A stretch of 62,210 bases of DNA from Vicugna vicugna (taxonomy: Eukaryota). The DNA is taken from contig MU058669.1 in the NCBI GenBank assembly GCA_013265495.1, forward strand, positions 1,621,880 through 1,684,089, written 5' to 3'. The position numbers and the translations under genes were made by a program. Positions 1 through 12,046 of this stretch are shown one piece after another (position 1 is the first letter of the stretch; the number at the start of each line of letters is the position of its first letter). The notes beneath the pieces were generated by a model. That model made no database searches. It had not been told where the DNA came from and worked only from the letters and a program-made list of their open reading frames with translations.

Positions 1-110
1 TACTTCCATTTACACTTACAAACCCACCCGCCTCATACCACCTTTGATCATGCATAGTGGGTGCTTTGTAAATATCACTGATGGACGGTTCTCCAAATGT
101 GGACCATTAC

Positions 111-243
111 TAGGGTGGCCACATAATTTATCATTCAAATCAGAGCATGTTTGAAAGGGAAAGGGGTCCTACTGAAAATTATGCTAGGATAATAACTCTA
201 AACTGAGGCCATCTTGGACAAACTGGACCACATGGTTATCCTT
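111..243 (+). mobile_element. MER94-like hAT-Blackjack MITE
   Basis: Starts TAGGGTGGCCACATAATTTATC and ends ...ATGGTTATCCTT, matching the degenerate TAGGGTGACCA/TGGTCACCCTA terminal inverted repeats. Internal sequence and ~133 bp length fit MER94 as recalled. Confidence 0.7.
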
Positions 244-283
244 GTTAAAACCTTTGTTCTTACTATGTCTATTCTATGTTATG

Positions 284-315
284 AGTTTCCTCTGAGAAAA
301 AAAGTTTCCTCTGAG
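284..315 (+). repeat. 13-bp direct repeat AGTTTCCTCTGAG flanking an A6 tract (TSD-like)
   Basis: Read directly: copies at 284-296 and 303-315, separated only by AAAAAA. Confidence 0.9.
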
Positions 316-886
316 GGACAGACTTTGAAACAGTTAAACTGGAACACCAAAAAATGGAGCCATCTATCCTAAACGCAAACCCAGAAACAGAGACTATCAA
401 AAAGACAACCTGGATGTCACCCTGATTTTGTTTTCCCTTTTATAAATGTGTTTGTGATTTTTTTTTCCCACTCCTCAGCAGATGCTACCTGACTTGTGCT
501 CTGGCTAATGTCACTCACGTCAGGAGCATTGCCAAATGCAATGAGGTGCAACTGACACCAAGAAAGATGATGAGCAAGGAGAATGGCAGCTGGCTGCATT
601 TCCTTCCTGTAGAATTTTAATGAATCAAGGAGCATCCTGATAGAGTGGATTTGTACATGCTAGAAGCAAAGCCGAAAGCCCTCATTCTAAACTCTGAGAT
701 CTGAGAACCCCAAAGTGGGCTCCACACTCATGACAGGGCTGGATGGGTCCTGAATAGAGGCTGAGGACTGGGGAATACCAGAAGTAGCTACAGAGCTATG
801 GGGAAGACTGCAGAGAAGGGGTAAAGAAACCTGAGCTCTCCCTCACTCTGCAATACTCATTAGCTCTGTGACTTAGACAAAGTATT

Positions 887-1435
887 TGTCATAATCGAGA
901 CTCTATTAGTAACAAACAAACGCTAATGCCACCTTAAGCAAAAACACTAAAACAAGTAGTTTATTTCAAGGATCCACAGGCATTTCATGGCAGCCAAGGG
1001 TAGGAACGTAGCACAGGGCCTCAGAAGTACTGGATAAGGAAGCTACAAAGGCACTACATGCCTACGAAAGGAGCTTATTTCTTCTTTCATTATTGCTTCA
1101 TTCTGTGAATCTGCTTCTTTCTCACCTTTGTCATTTTTTTGCCACCCATTCTGCCCAGTAGAAGACAAGATAACCCAAGTTTTTATGGTGTTGGTCCAAC
1201 TACAAGGAAAGACTGATTCTCAATTCTTGTTTCTATGTTTAATTCCCAGCCAAAGACCTGATAGGCCTAGCTAGTGTGAGGTGTCCTCCCCAGGCCCAAA
1301 AAGTGTGAACAGAGTGTACGTCAATCTTGGACATCATGCCTGAGGCCCACTTCTATAACCCAGCAGAAGGTGCAGTCATTCCTGTTGCAGGGGGCGCTGT
1401 GTGTGAGCCGAGACATTTTCAGAGGTATCCCATTA
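887..1435 (-). mobile_element. Old MaLR/ERVL-type LTR (MLT1K/L/N-like), degenerate
   Basis: Begins TGTCATAATCGAGACTCT...AGTAACAAA...CTTAAGCAAAA...TTTATT and ends with a GGCGCTG...GACA...GGTATCCCATTA pattern, resembling antisense old MLT1 LTRs. It interrupts a MIR-like stretch. Confidence 0.4.
1371..1399 (+). promoter_or_regulatory. Candidate CTCF site, forward (core plus upstream TGCAG motif)
   Basis: TGCAGTCATTCCTGTTGCAGGGGGCGCTG. The core resembles CCAGCAGGGGGCGC, has the upstream TGCAG element contacted by ZF9-11, and retains its CpG. Confidence 0.55.
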
Positions 1436-2779
1436 GCTTGTATAATGTTATTCTCTTAACAGCAAAATCTGACTTTTCTTTCTTCATGTGGTTATAAGCC
1501 CTAAATGATACCACTGATAGGAGGGGAAATGTGGAATGCAAATAGCTTTACATCTGTTAGGTACTCGCTTTATCCTTAAGTCACCCCGTGAGTCAGATGT
1601 AAAGCAGTCATATTTAAGCCTATATCCTCTAGATTCCCAAGCTGTAGTCCCCCGTCCATGGATAGCTGGTAGGTTAATGTCACTGCCAGAAAAAAAGAAA
1701 AAACTTCTCCTAATGAGAACGTTGTGGGCTTCGAGTTCACTGACAAGTCAGAACCCTCTACCTTCTCTAGATTTGTAATTGATTCCTTTATTTGCATTAT
1801 GTAAATGGAACCTTGTGTAATTTCATATCCATAATTGTTATCATTAATAAACTCAGTTGTTATTTCTCTGAGCTCTGAGATGCTCAATTATTAGAACTGT
1901 AAACAGAATATAAGGGGTGCAGAAAGCATGAATATCTAGTGATACTGACAGATTTTATTCATAACCTGCCACGATTATTAATATTACTATTAATTTTGGC
2001 ACGGCAGGTTGTCAACATGAGTACTAAGTATGAAGCAAGGAAAATTCCTTTACCAGAACTTAATTCTTCAAGGAATGCCACTGAAAAATTAAAAGATACA
2101 CATCTCACTCAAGCCCTGAGAAAATAACTCATCAATCAATAGGTCTCTACTAAGGCCTGTGATGGGTAAAGACTCAAGAACACTAGAGATTAGGAAAGGG
2201 CCAGAATGTAAACTACTACTCTGCAAGTATTCTACTGATAGACCCCTCTGGATGTTGGATCCGAATGCTCCCTCCTTCTCAACCCTCCGTGGAAATCACT
2301 TTTTGAAAAGAGCACAAGGTTCTAATTTTGACTATTATTTACATGCCTCAAATTCCTCACCATTTTCAAATAACTGATCTGCCTAGCTGGAACTGACAGA
2401 AGAAATACTTCGGTAAGGAGCATCAGAGAGGAACTAAAATCCAAGGGTCTGGTCACGTTTTACCCAGGAAAGCCCGACATGATAGATGCCCTGGGAAAAC
2501 AGGAGCTGTCTTGCATAGAAACCACTGAGAAACTAGGTAGACTCATCATGTGAAGCCCACCCTGGGTAAACACGAGGAGGCTCTCAGCTCTGAGAGAACA
2601 GGGCATGGGGCAGACTGCTGAGCGGTGGTACTCTCCGAGAGGGTAAGATGTGTGGAGATGAGGGAGAGTGAGAGAGAGGGGCTAGAAAAAGGGCAGGACA
2701 AATGGAAAAAACATGGGCCAACACTGAATAGGCTGATTACAGACAACACCAACTTGAGGGATGGCTGTGCTTTATATTC

Positions 2780-2990
2780 TCAGGGTGCACACACAGCGAC
2801 ACGGAAATACACAGTTATGTATGTCCTCCACCCACACACAACACCTATGTACACAGCCTCCTCTTATTCTTCGATACGTACGACTCAAATGTCCCTGCAC
2901 GCACACAGACGCACTCCCACAAATCACGCCACACACGCACTCGCGTGCGCACACACACACGCACTGCCCACCTTGCATGTATGCACAAGA
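2780..2990. repeat. Degenerate (CA)n-like low-complexity tract, CpG-rich
   Basis: CACACAC/ACGCAC/CGCGTGCGCACACACACAC runs. These explain the overlapping His/Thr- and Cys/Val-rich ORFs. Confidence 0.8.
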
Positions 2991-3524
2991 GCAGCAGCAG
3001 CACCTCAGCAAAGCTACCGGAAACAAGTGCAAACAGGGAACACACAGGTACTTTAGAGACAGCCATCAGGACAGAGGCTGCCTGACCAAGAGTCTGTCGG
3101 AGTAACAGACCTAGAGAGGTCAGCACGACTGACTCCTGCTTCCGCCAGCAACTAGTACATTTTTCTGTACTTCTGTAAATAGAATTGAAGATGGAAGAAA
3201 TTCAGGTTAATGGCTGAGTACGGTCATTAGCCAGGTCAGCACCCATTTTGGAAAGGATATTTCAGTGACATGTTTACCAAATGGTCTACTTCAAATGCTA
3301 ACCAAAATAGAAAATTAGAAAAATGTAAATCACTATCCTTCTTGATCCACCTCCACAAATGCACAGAGGAATCAACCATAACACATACAAACACACACTT
3401 GAACATCCGTAATTATCGAATATATCACTCCTAATGCCCAGATCGAGGTTTGAGCTATTCAATAAATTTCAATTGTACATCTGTGATACTGCACAAAAGA
3501 AAAGGCAGTTGAGTTCACTTGAGG

Positions 3525-3755
3525 GCTACCATTTATTAAGAGCTAACTATGTGTGGACACTGTTCCAACATCTTCACATTGCTTCATTTCATACTGACAA
3601 CAACTATATGGAGTAGAAACTATTACTATTTTCATGTTGTGGATGAGGAAATTGAGACGCAGAGAAATTATGCTGAGCAAATATACATAAGACATAAATA
3701 CTATGCCAAGGAAGAGACAGAGTTTGAACTTGAACTCAGGTTGTCTAACTCTACA
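3525..3755 (-). mobile_element. MIR SINE
   Basis: Antisense MIR core GATGAGGAAATTGAGACGCAGAGAAATTA and ...TTTGAACTTGAACTCAGGTTGTCT. Confidence 0.7.
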
Positions 3756-4319
3756 TGATCATGCTAACATGAAGGTATTTCATTCCCATGCCAACTACCA
3801 GCTAGCAGTAATGGTAATGCTACATGGAGAAGCGCTTTTGGCTGTGTCTGGGCTGGCCAAAAAGGAGTGCTACAGTCAACGCATGAAGTGTGCCACTGGT
3901 AGGAAGGTAGGTGGAGACACGTAAGTGAATATTTGTGACACTGACCTGGGGTCCAGAGGCTGAGCAACCACCAACCACACGTCCAACCTTACCCAAGCAT
4001 GACAGGTGAAAAGGGAAAGAATCAAAGGCAAGGGCACAGATTTAACAGCACTGTTATGGGTTCCAACCCACGTGAAGACCTCTTAGCACAATGCTGGACA
4101 GCAGGCGCAGCTTAAGAGCCTGTGATCTTAGATCATTATTCTATAGTTTAGAACACGATTTCACAACTGCAATCTTTGGTTTTTAAACTCCAGCCATCCT
4201 CGTGTCGATTACTAAAAATAACAGAATTCAATCAGTAATAAAACTTCTATATATACTTATAATACAATGTGGATCGAAATGCATGTCTAAAAGTCTTAGG
4301 ACAATTAAAGAAAGACTAA

Positions 4320-4490
4320 GCGGAAAGAGGTGGGAAAGGATAAATTTGGGAGTTTCAAATTTGCAAACGTTAGCCACTAAATATAAAAATAGATTTGAAA
4401 AAACAAATTTCTTCTGTATAGCACAGAGAACTATATCCAATATCTTCTAATAACCTTTAATAAAAAAGAATACAAAAATGAAAAAAGAAG
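4320..4490 (+). mobile_element. Short 5'-truncated cetartiodactyl-type L1 3' end
   Basis: GGTGGGAAAGGATAAATTTGGGAGTTT...CTGTATAGCACAGAGAACTATATCCAATATCTT, homologous to the L1 3' UTRs at 40.1 kb and 43.1 kb. Confidence 0.8.
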
Positions 4491-6694
4491 GGTTCTGGCA
4501 GTTCTACCAATCCCAAAATGTAACAATGTGCTCACCTTCCTAAAAGCATGTGATGCTCACTACTGAACATCCATATGGGTAAGGACTGTACTCTATGTCA
4601 ATGTAATCTTTAGAAGAAGCTCCCAAAAGCTCCATTAGAACACTTATCCAAGGTGATTGAGCCATTCTGAGCAGATCCAGAACTATTACTCCAAAAACTA
4701 AAACCAGCTTGTTTTTTCTATGGCCTCAAGATTGTCATTTGAAAGATAGGATGAACAAAGCACACCTCAATTTCTCTTACAACCAAGGGTCTACAGGCTG
4801 GTGATTGGCAGGGAAGAGGGCTGTGGACTGTGACCATGGGATGGCTTGGCACTCAGCCTGGCTTCATCTGAATCACACTCTCAAGTGACAGAATTAACCA
4901 GCCATGGAGATTGAGTTCACTGAACAGGAAAAATGAGGCTGCCAGGAAAAAAAGTTAATGCAACGTAAGGCAGTGTTAAATGGAACAACAGCCATTTATT
5001 CATTGCCTGCCCTTCTTCAAGAAAGATTTATGGGGACAATAAATAGTAGTGTCCAAAAACAAGTAGATGAAAATCTCATTCCACTTTTGGTTTTCAGGCA
5101 ACATATTGAATAGAGTTCTAAATTCCACAAAAACATTTTCAGGGATCTTTGGAGAAACTAGAGCTCTTCTATTTAGAGTGACCAGGATTGGTGATGAGCA
5201 CAGAATCATGGCGTGTGGTCAATGGCTAAACGTTGAAGAACATGAGGGTATTTATTCTAACAAAAAAAAAAAAACTCAAAAAAGTTATCTTTTACCTGAC
5301 ACTTAAAAAGTCTGTCATACTGAAGAGTGCTTAGGCATTTTTATATGGTTTTAGAGAACAGAATACAACTGAGAAGGGGAAATTCCAATACTTGTCCAAA
5401 AATGAAAAATGATGCCTATGAAGTAGTGAGGGTTACTGTTATTCAAGGTATTAAAGAAGATGCATGTATATAAATCTCTTGACAAATACTCATGTCAGGT
5501 GGCAAGATGGGACTTTTTTAAAGTCATGCATTTAACCAATTCAGAATCAAATACATGCTAAGATATCTTTTCATCTTTTCACTAGGCACTGTTGTGAAAG
5601 ATTTGGTTATGATGTATTTGCCAGGCACAAGAAATAACTTTGGCTAGAAAGAAGAATGAGGGGTTTTCTATAATGAGCTACAGATTTTTTAAAAATCAAC
5701 ATTAAGTAGAAAGGAAGCATGTGACGTTACTGCATGGACCAAGACGGCTGAGGTGACATATCACACTTCAATCACCACAGGATTTTACTCTTTTATTTTT
5801 CCCCATATAAGAGCAAAAAAATGTCCCATCCAAGACATCTGAGCTTCTGAGCTATAGATTATACTGTCAGCTATTCAGGATGGTTGGACAACAGCAAATC
5901 CTTTATCACTGGTGGGGAGCGTTAGCCCAGGGTCTCTGAACTCAAAGGAGATTCAGGAGCAATCCCAGGATCCCATTCTTTTCTCCCTTTATGAATTCTA
6001 CTAAGTCATTATCCTTCCATCAATCAGCCCACCTGATCAAGCTATTTGTAATGCAGTTAGTGACCGCATCACCTCCAACCCAGCTGAATAGCTTATTACA
6101 CATGCAAAGGAAAGAATGAAGCTATTTTTTGATCTGTCTTCAATTTCCAGATTAAAAAAATAATAAATCTCTCTGCATTTTCAGAAGGTTTTATATCAGA
6201 TTTCCTTTTCTACTTTGCTTATACAGCAGTAGACACAATAGCTGTGTGGGAGAATTTTCTAGCCAAAGTACTACAACTGAGCAAAGCAGGATGAGACTAT
6301 TCAAAATTCAGTATTGCAATTCTGTCTTTCCAAGTGAGGAAGATTATGGCTTCCATTCATAGAAGAGGACAATAAAAATAACAGTAACTAAAAAAATTTT
6401 TAAACTTCCCTTATGGTAAGTGAATATATTTAGAACCTAAGACCATAAATTAAGAAGTCTAGTATTATAAAGGCCCAGGAAGATAAGGCAAATAAGGGAA
6501 AAAGATGAACATGAGGAAACAGAAAGCATAGTGTTGGTATCCAGCTGGAAATTCTGTGCCCTGTCTAAGCATATGGTAATTCAGAAACACCACCACCAAT
6601 AGCAACATTTAAAAATGTAGCTTAACCAAGTAATTGAATGTTTACAACTGATAGATTCCCATTTTAACTGCAAAGGTCTTTAACGATCACCAGG

Positions 6695-6860
6695 TCCAAG
6701 GGTTTTCAACTCTGACACCATACTCAAAAAGCCCTGGACAGCATCTAAAAATTACTAATGCCGGGACCCCATACCAGACCATTGGATGACAAGCATTATT
6801 GTGATTTAAAAATTTCACCAGGTGTGATTCTAATGGACAGCAAGGCATAAGAAACAAGAT
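6695..6860. mobile_element. MER5-type hAT-Charlie MITE
   Basis: AAAATTACTAATGCCGGGACCCCATACCAGAC...CCAGGTGTGATTCTAATG motif typical of MER5A/B. Confidence 0.55.
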
Positions 6861-7264
6861 GAGAAAACTAAAGCTGAAAGAAACAGATTTGTTCAAGATG
6901 ACGTTAGCACTTGGTAGGCAGCAAGTGCTGCCTTAATTATCAATGAGTATGTTTCAATCTAGAAGATACACAGAAGCAAATGCATAGACAAAAGAATAAA
7001 AGGGTAATGTACAAAAGTAATCAAGACTCTTACTTGACTATAGCACATATTTGGCTAGTTAGCAATGTAGTTGCACTAATGATACAATATACTTTCATAG
7101 TGCCTACAATGTGTCAAAAAAAATCACTAAACATTTAACATGCATTTCTCTACCTTTGTAAAAATTAAAGAGATAAAGACACTGATGCACTGTGAGATAA
7201 ATTATATTGCCAAGTACACAGAGCTAATACATTTCCAAGGATGCATTTAAATCTGTCTCTTTGA

Positions 7265-8870
7265 GAGAACATTTACATGAAACAAAATGTACAGATTTCA
7301 GTATACCATTAGATGAGTCTGGCAAATGTACACATACATCCACGTAACCAACTCTACAATCAAGCTATTAAGCACTCCCATTACCCCCAAAACTCCCCCA
7401 TGTCCTCTTCCAGTCATTCCACCCCCGACAGGAAACTGTGATTCTGGTTTCTACCACTGTGGACTGGAACTTTCATAAATGAAATTATATAGTGTGTTCT
7501 CATTTGTTTCTTACTGGTTTGTTCAACATTCTTTTTCTTGAGATTCATCCACATTGTTCCATGTATCAGTAGCTTGTTGCCTTTATGTTGCTGAGCAGGT
7601 ATTCTATTACATGAATATACCACAATTTGTTCACCAACTGCCCTCTTGATGGTCGTTTGGCTATTATTAAGCACAGCTTTTGCTTTTTATTAGTAAAGCT
7701 GCTATTAAACTTTATTTAACTTTAGGAGAAACTACCAAACTGTTTTCTAAAGCAGATGTTTCATAAATTCCCTGAGCAATATACAAGTTCTAGTTACTTC
7801 ACATCCTCACTAGCGTTTGTTGTTGCCACAAGGAAATGGCATCACATTGTGCTTTTAATTTGTGTGTCTCTGGTAACTAACAACGTCAAGTACTTTTTCA
7901 TGTTCATATTCATCACTCATACATCCTTTCTTGTGTAGTGTCCAAATCTTTGGCCTCATTGTAAAAAAAATTGCTTTTTTTTTATTATTGGCTTGTTCTT
8001 TATTTATTCTGGATCAAGTTTATTGTCAAACATATACTGCAAATATTTTCTCCCAGACTGTAGCTAAACTTTTAATTTTCTTTTGATGTGCAGAGGTTTG
8101 GTGGTGGTGTTATTTTGGGTGAAATTCAATTTATCCTCTTTTGTGATTTTTTAATTTCACCTCTAGGAAATCTTTGTCAACCCCAAGATCATAAATATAT
8201 TTTTCCATGTTTACTTCAAAAAGCTTTAATGTTTTAGTTTTTACAATCAAGTCTATAATTTATCTAAATAAATTAATCCTGTGCATGATGTGAAGTTGAG
8301 ATTTCCTGTTTTCCTTACGTATATCCAGTTATTCCAGCACCATCTGTTAAAAAGATTTTTATTTTCTCATTGAATTGCTTTTGAGCTTTTATTGACATTT
8401 ACTAGATATGTATTGATCTATTTCTCAACTAATTTGTCCCACTGATCAGTTTGCATATCCTCATGTTAAATACAATTCTGTCTTGATCTTGGTGGCTTAT
8501 GTCAAGTCATAAAATTCATCTGATTTGGTTATTGTTCAAGATGGCTTTCAATGTTGTATTTTCTTCACATTTTCATACAAATTTCAGAGTAAGATTTTCT
8601 GTGTCCACAAAAAAAAGGTGAAATTTTGCTTGAGATTATATTTAATCAAAAGAATATTGAATCTTCCAGTTCATTAACATGTTACCTCCACTGAAATCTT
8701 ATAGGAACATTTTAGAGTTTTTAGTGGAGAAATCTCATATATCATTTTGTTAAATTTACCGCCTTGCTTTTATGGATATCTTCATGCTATCGTACATGGT
8801 TTAAAGTTCATTTTCCAAATGTTTGCAGCTAGTACATAGATACACAAACTGATTTTATCTTCATATTGTA
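7265..8870 (-). mobile_element. Old L1M (L1MC/ME-like) ORF2 3' region and 3' UTR
   Basis: T-rich antisense L1 hallmarks: TTGAGATTCATCCACATTGTT, CTACCAAACTGTTTTCT, ATCCAGTTATTCCAGCACCATCTGTTAAAAAGA. Confidence 0.8.
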
Positions 8871-9374
8871 TCAGTCACTACACACTGAGTACCTCCAATG
8901 TGCCAAAAACTATACTAAACATTCTCTACTAAAAATTTTTACAGAAATCTATTTAAATGACAAGGAAACTGAGGCAGAGATAAATTAGTTTTATAGCCAA
9001 GGACTTAAGGCTAATTTTACAACCAAGAACTTAAGGCTAACAAACTTTCAAAGTTGAATTAAAACTTAATTCTCTTTAATGTTAAATTGTATTCTAACCA
9101 CTGTGCTTTGCTTACGTCATAATATGGGAGGCCCTGAGTACCAGATCCATGAGGTTTAATCCTACCAGTCAGTGGGTTCCCCTGCCTGGTAGATTCTTGA
9201 GCAGGGAAATAACATTTTGAAAGAGCAGTTCTTGAGAGCCTTATACAGATGGAAGTGGGAAGAATAAAATAGATGGGGTGATAAGAGACAGACTACATAT
9301 TGTCAAACATCCCACACTCTGCCACCTCCAATTTGACTCCATTTCTTTCAGCTCACAAAGAGTAACGTTTCATG

Positions 9375-10475
9375 CTGCCACTTTGGAAAAGTCTGATAGT
9401 TCTTCAAATGATTAAATGTAGAGTTACCATATGACCTAGCAATTCTACTAGTATTTATATCCCCAAGAGAAATGAAAACATGCCCACACAAAAACATGTA
9501 TGTGACTGTTTACCACAGTATTATTCACAGGAGCCAAAAAGGCAGAAAGAACACAAACATCCATTACCTGATGAATAGATAAGCAAAATGTGATACATCC
9601 AAAATATGGAGTATTTTTGACCATAAAAAGGAATGAAGTACTGATACATGCTATATAACATGGGTGGACACTGAAAACACTATAAGTAAAAGTGGTCATT
9701 CACAAAAGGCCATATATTTAATGACTCCATTTTATATGAAATGTCCAGAATAGATAAATCTATGTAGATAGACAGTTGATTAGTGATTGCTTAGGGCCAG
9801 GAAGTGACGAATACTGAGAAGGGAGGACATCTAAATGGTAGTGGAATTTCATCTTGAGGTGCTAACAGTGTTTCAAAGTTGAACATCTAAAATATATTGC
9901 ATATCTTGTGGTATATTTATACAATGGAATACTATTCTGCCATAAAAACCAACAACATAACACCATTTGCAGCAACATGGATAGTACTGGAGAATGTCAT
10001 TCTAAATGAAGTAAGCCAGAAAGAGGAAGAAAAATACCATATGAGAGCACTCATATGCGGAATCTAAAAACAAAAAACATAAATACAAAAAACAGAAACA
10101 GACTCATAGACATGGAATACAAACTTGTGGTTCAGGGGGATGGGGGGTGGGAAGGGACAGACTGGGACTTCAAAATATAGAACAGATAAACAAGATTGTA
10201 TTGTGTAGCACAGGGCAATATATACAGGATCTTGTGGTGGCTCACAGCAAAAGGGAATGTGACAGTGAATGTATGTATGTTCATGCATAACTGAAAAACT
10301 GTGCTCTACACTGGAATTTGACACAACATTGTAAAATGACTATAACTCAATAAAAAAATGTTAAAAAAATATATTGCATATCTTTGTAAATACAATAAAA
10401 CCCAATGAACTGTATACTTTAAATGTGTGAACTGTACACTATGTGAATTATATATCAATAAAGCTATTAAAAATA
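9375..10475 (+). mobile_element. Old L1MB/MC 3' end, interrupted by a young L1
   Basis: GAGTTACCATATGACCTAGCAATTC...AAATGTCCAGAATAG, resuming after the insertion as ATGTGAATTATATATCAATAAAGCT. Confidence 0.8.
9908..10365 (+). mobile_element. Young lineage-specific 5'-truncated L1 with perfect 19-bp TSD
   Basis: L1 ORF2 C-terminus and 3' UTR with AATAAA and A-tail, flanked by AAAATATATTGCATATCTT at 9889-9907 and 10366-10384. Confidence 0.92.
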
Positions 10476-11179
10476 AAAGAACAAAGTTCCTATTCTTTTT
10501 TACAGCTCAATGACTGACAATAAGTACCTAATAAATATTTGTTGGACAGATCAAAGAAAAAACAAGTTCACTAGTTACAGGCTCCTATTGTGTTCAGGTA
10601 CTGGGCTACCTTGAAGGATGTTTTAAAAATATGAATAAAGTAACTTCCTTTTCCCTTATTTACCTGATCACGTAATAAATCACCTGCAACACCACTTACT
10701 ATTCTAGGTTTTAGTTAACTAACTCCTTTACATATGTAGGGGACCTTGCTGGCATACTGCCGTCACCCACTATCACTGGCATTTTCAGCACTGCCTTGCA
10801 ATGTGACCTTTGGTGGGTCACTTTACTCTTCCCAGCTTGCTTCTAATAGAACTCTTGAAAGCAACCTTGAGGAGCTGACCGAACACAAGAGTCAGGGAGA
10901 AAACAACAGAGCTGTAAGATCTCTAAACACAGTAAGAGCTCCTGTATCCCCTGGCACTTCTGTCTGCACAATTTTCAACTAACAACAACAACAACAAAAG
11001 TCTTTTGACTCTATCAGTAGGGAGTGTTGCAATCTATGTCACAAATACAGGTCATACTTTTTTCTTCTCAGAAAGAATAAAATAGCATTATCACTGCAGC
11101 TGCTTTGTTTGTTTCTTACTTTTTTAAGTCTCGTTGATCCTTAAAAGTCTGAATAGAAAGGAACCTTAGAGAGTCTTCA

Positions 11180-11312
11180 GTCCAATGCTCTCCTAACTTT
11201 AATGTGAGCCACCAGGGGATTTTGTTAAAATGCAGAATCGGATGCAGGTCTGGAGAGCCATCCCAGGAAATGTGAGTGCTGCTGTTTCATGGCCACACTT
11301 TGAGCAGCAAAG
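11180..11312. mobile_element. MER5B-like hAT MITE
   Basis: CACCAGGGGATTTTGTTAAAATGCAGA...GGCCACACTTTGAGCAGCAAAG. Confidence 0.65.
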
Positions 11313-12046
11313 TTCAATTTCAACCAATTCATGTTCAAAAAAATTTTTTTTCTTACATCAAGAGGTAGAGAAAAAAAAGGAGTCTTACTCAAGGGCACAA
11401 AGTTTAGCAGTAGGAATATCAAGACCAGACACCAAGCCTCTATAACAAACAAACCTGTCCACTAAGTTTGTTCTATGTCCTACCAAACGCTCAAGAACAT
11501 GAAACATGAACGAACACAACCAAACCCATTTTTGGCCATCGAGGACCACTGGCTTCGCCCCTGAACAGCCACTCTACTATCCTAGCATGTGGCGAGCCCC
11601 TCACACCCTCCTGTCATCGTCAATGGGGTGGGAAACACAGGCACCGTTCAGCAAACTGCAACTGGAGCAGATGCTTTGAGAAAAGAGATTCATGAAATCT
11701 TTTGAGAGAAGCTCCCTGAAGTCTGACTATCCTGTGACCGCTAAGCCTACTAGTATAGACTGATGGCAAAAGATTTTGTGACTTAAATATAAACAGACTC
11801 AACAGAATGGTATTGATGTACCTATGTTGGTATACGTACCGAGTACTCCTTAACGATGACAAAGCTAGTAAGATTAAGTTTAGTCACTACTTAATATTTA
11901 AACAGGAGTGCAGACATAGAAAAAAAGCAGAGGGGCCTTTTAATTTTCTCACTACCTTTTTGTCTTACTTCTATCTTTGCCATATGTATGTGTTAGTTTA
12001 ATTTTTTTTAAACCAGGAATGTTTAAATAATGTAAATAAAAGATAG

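Noticed and set aside
455..620. Strong polypyrimidine tract and NAGNAG acceptor at ~478-481
   Set aside because: No good donor or recognisable reading frame downstream.
2625..3126. Overlapping 86-143 aa ORFs on both strands
   Set aside because: They arise from a stop-poor (CA)n-like tract, with no recognisable protein similarity.
6038..6100. Complementary words AAGCTATT/AATAGCTT and TGTAAT/ATTACA suggesting a miRNA hairpin
   Set aside because: The word order is not nested, so no continuous stem can form.
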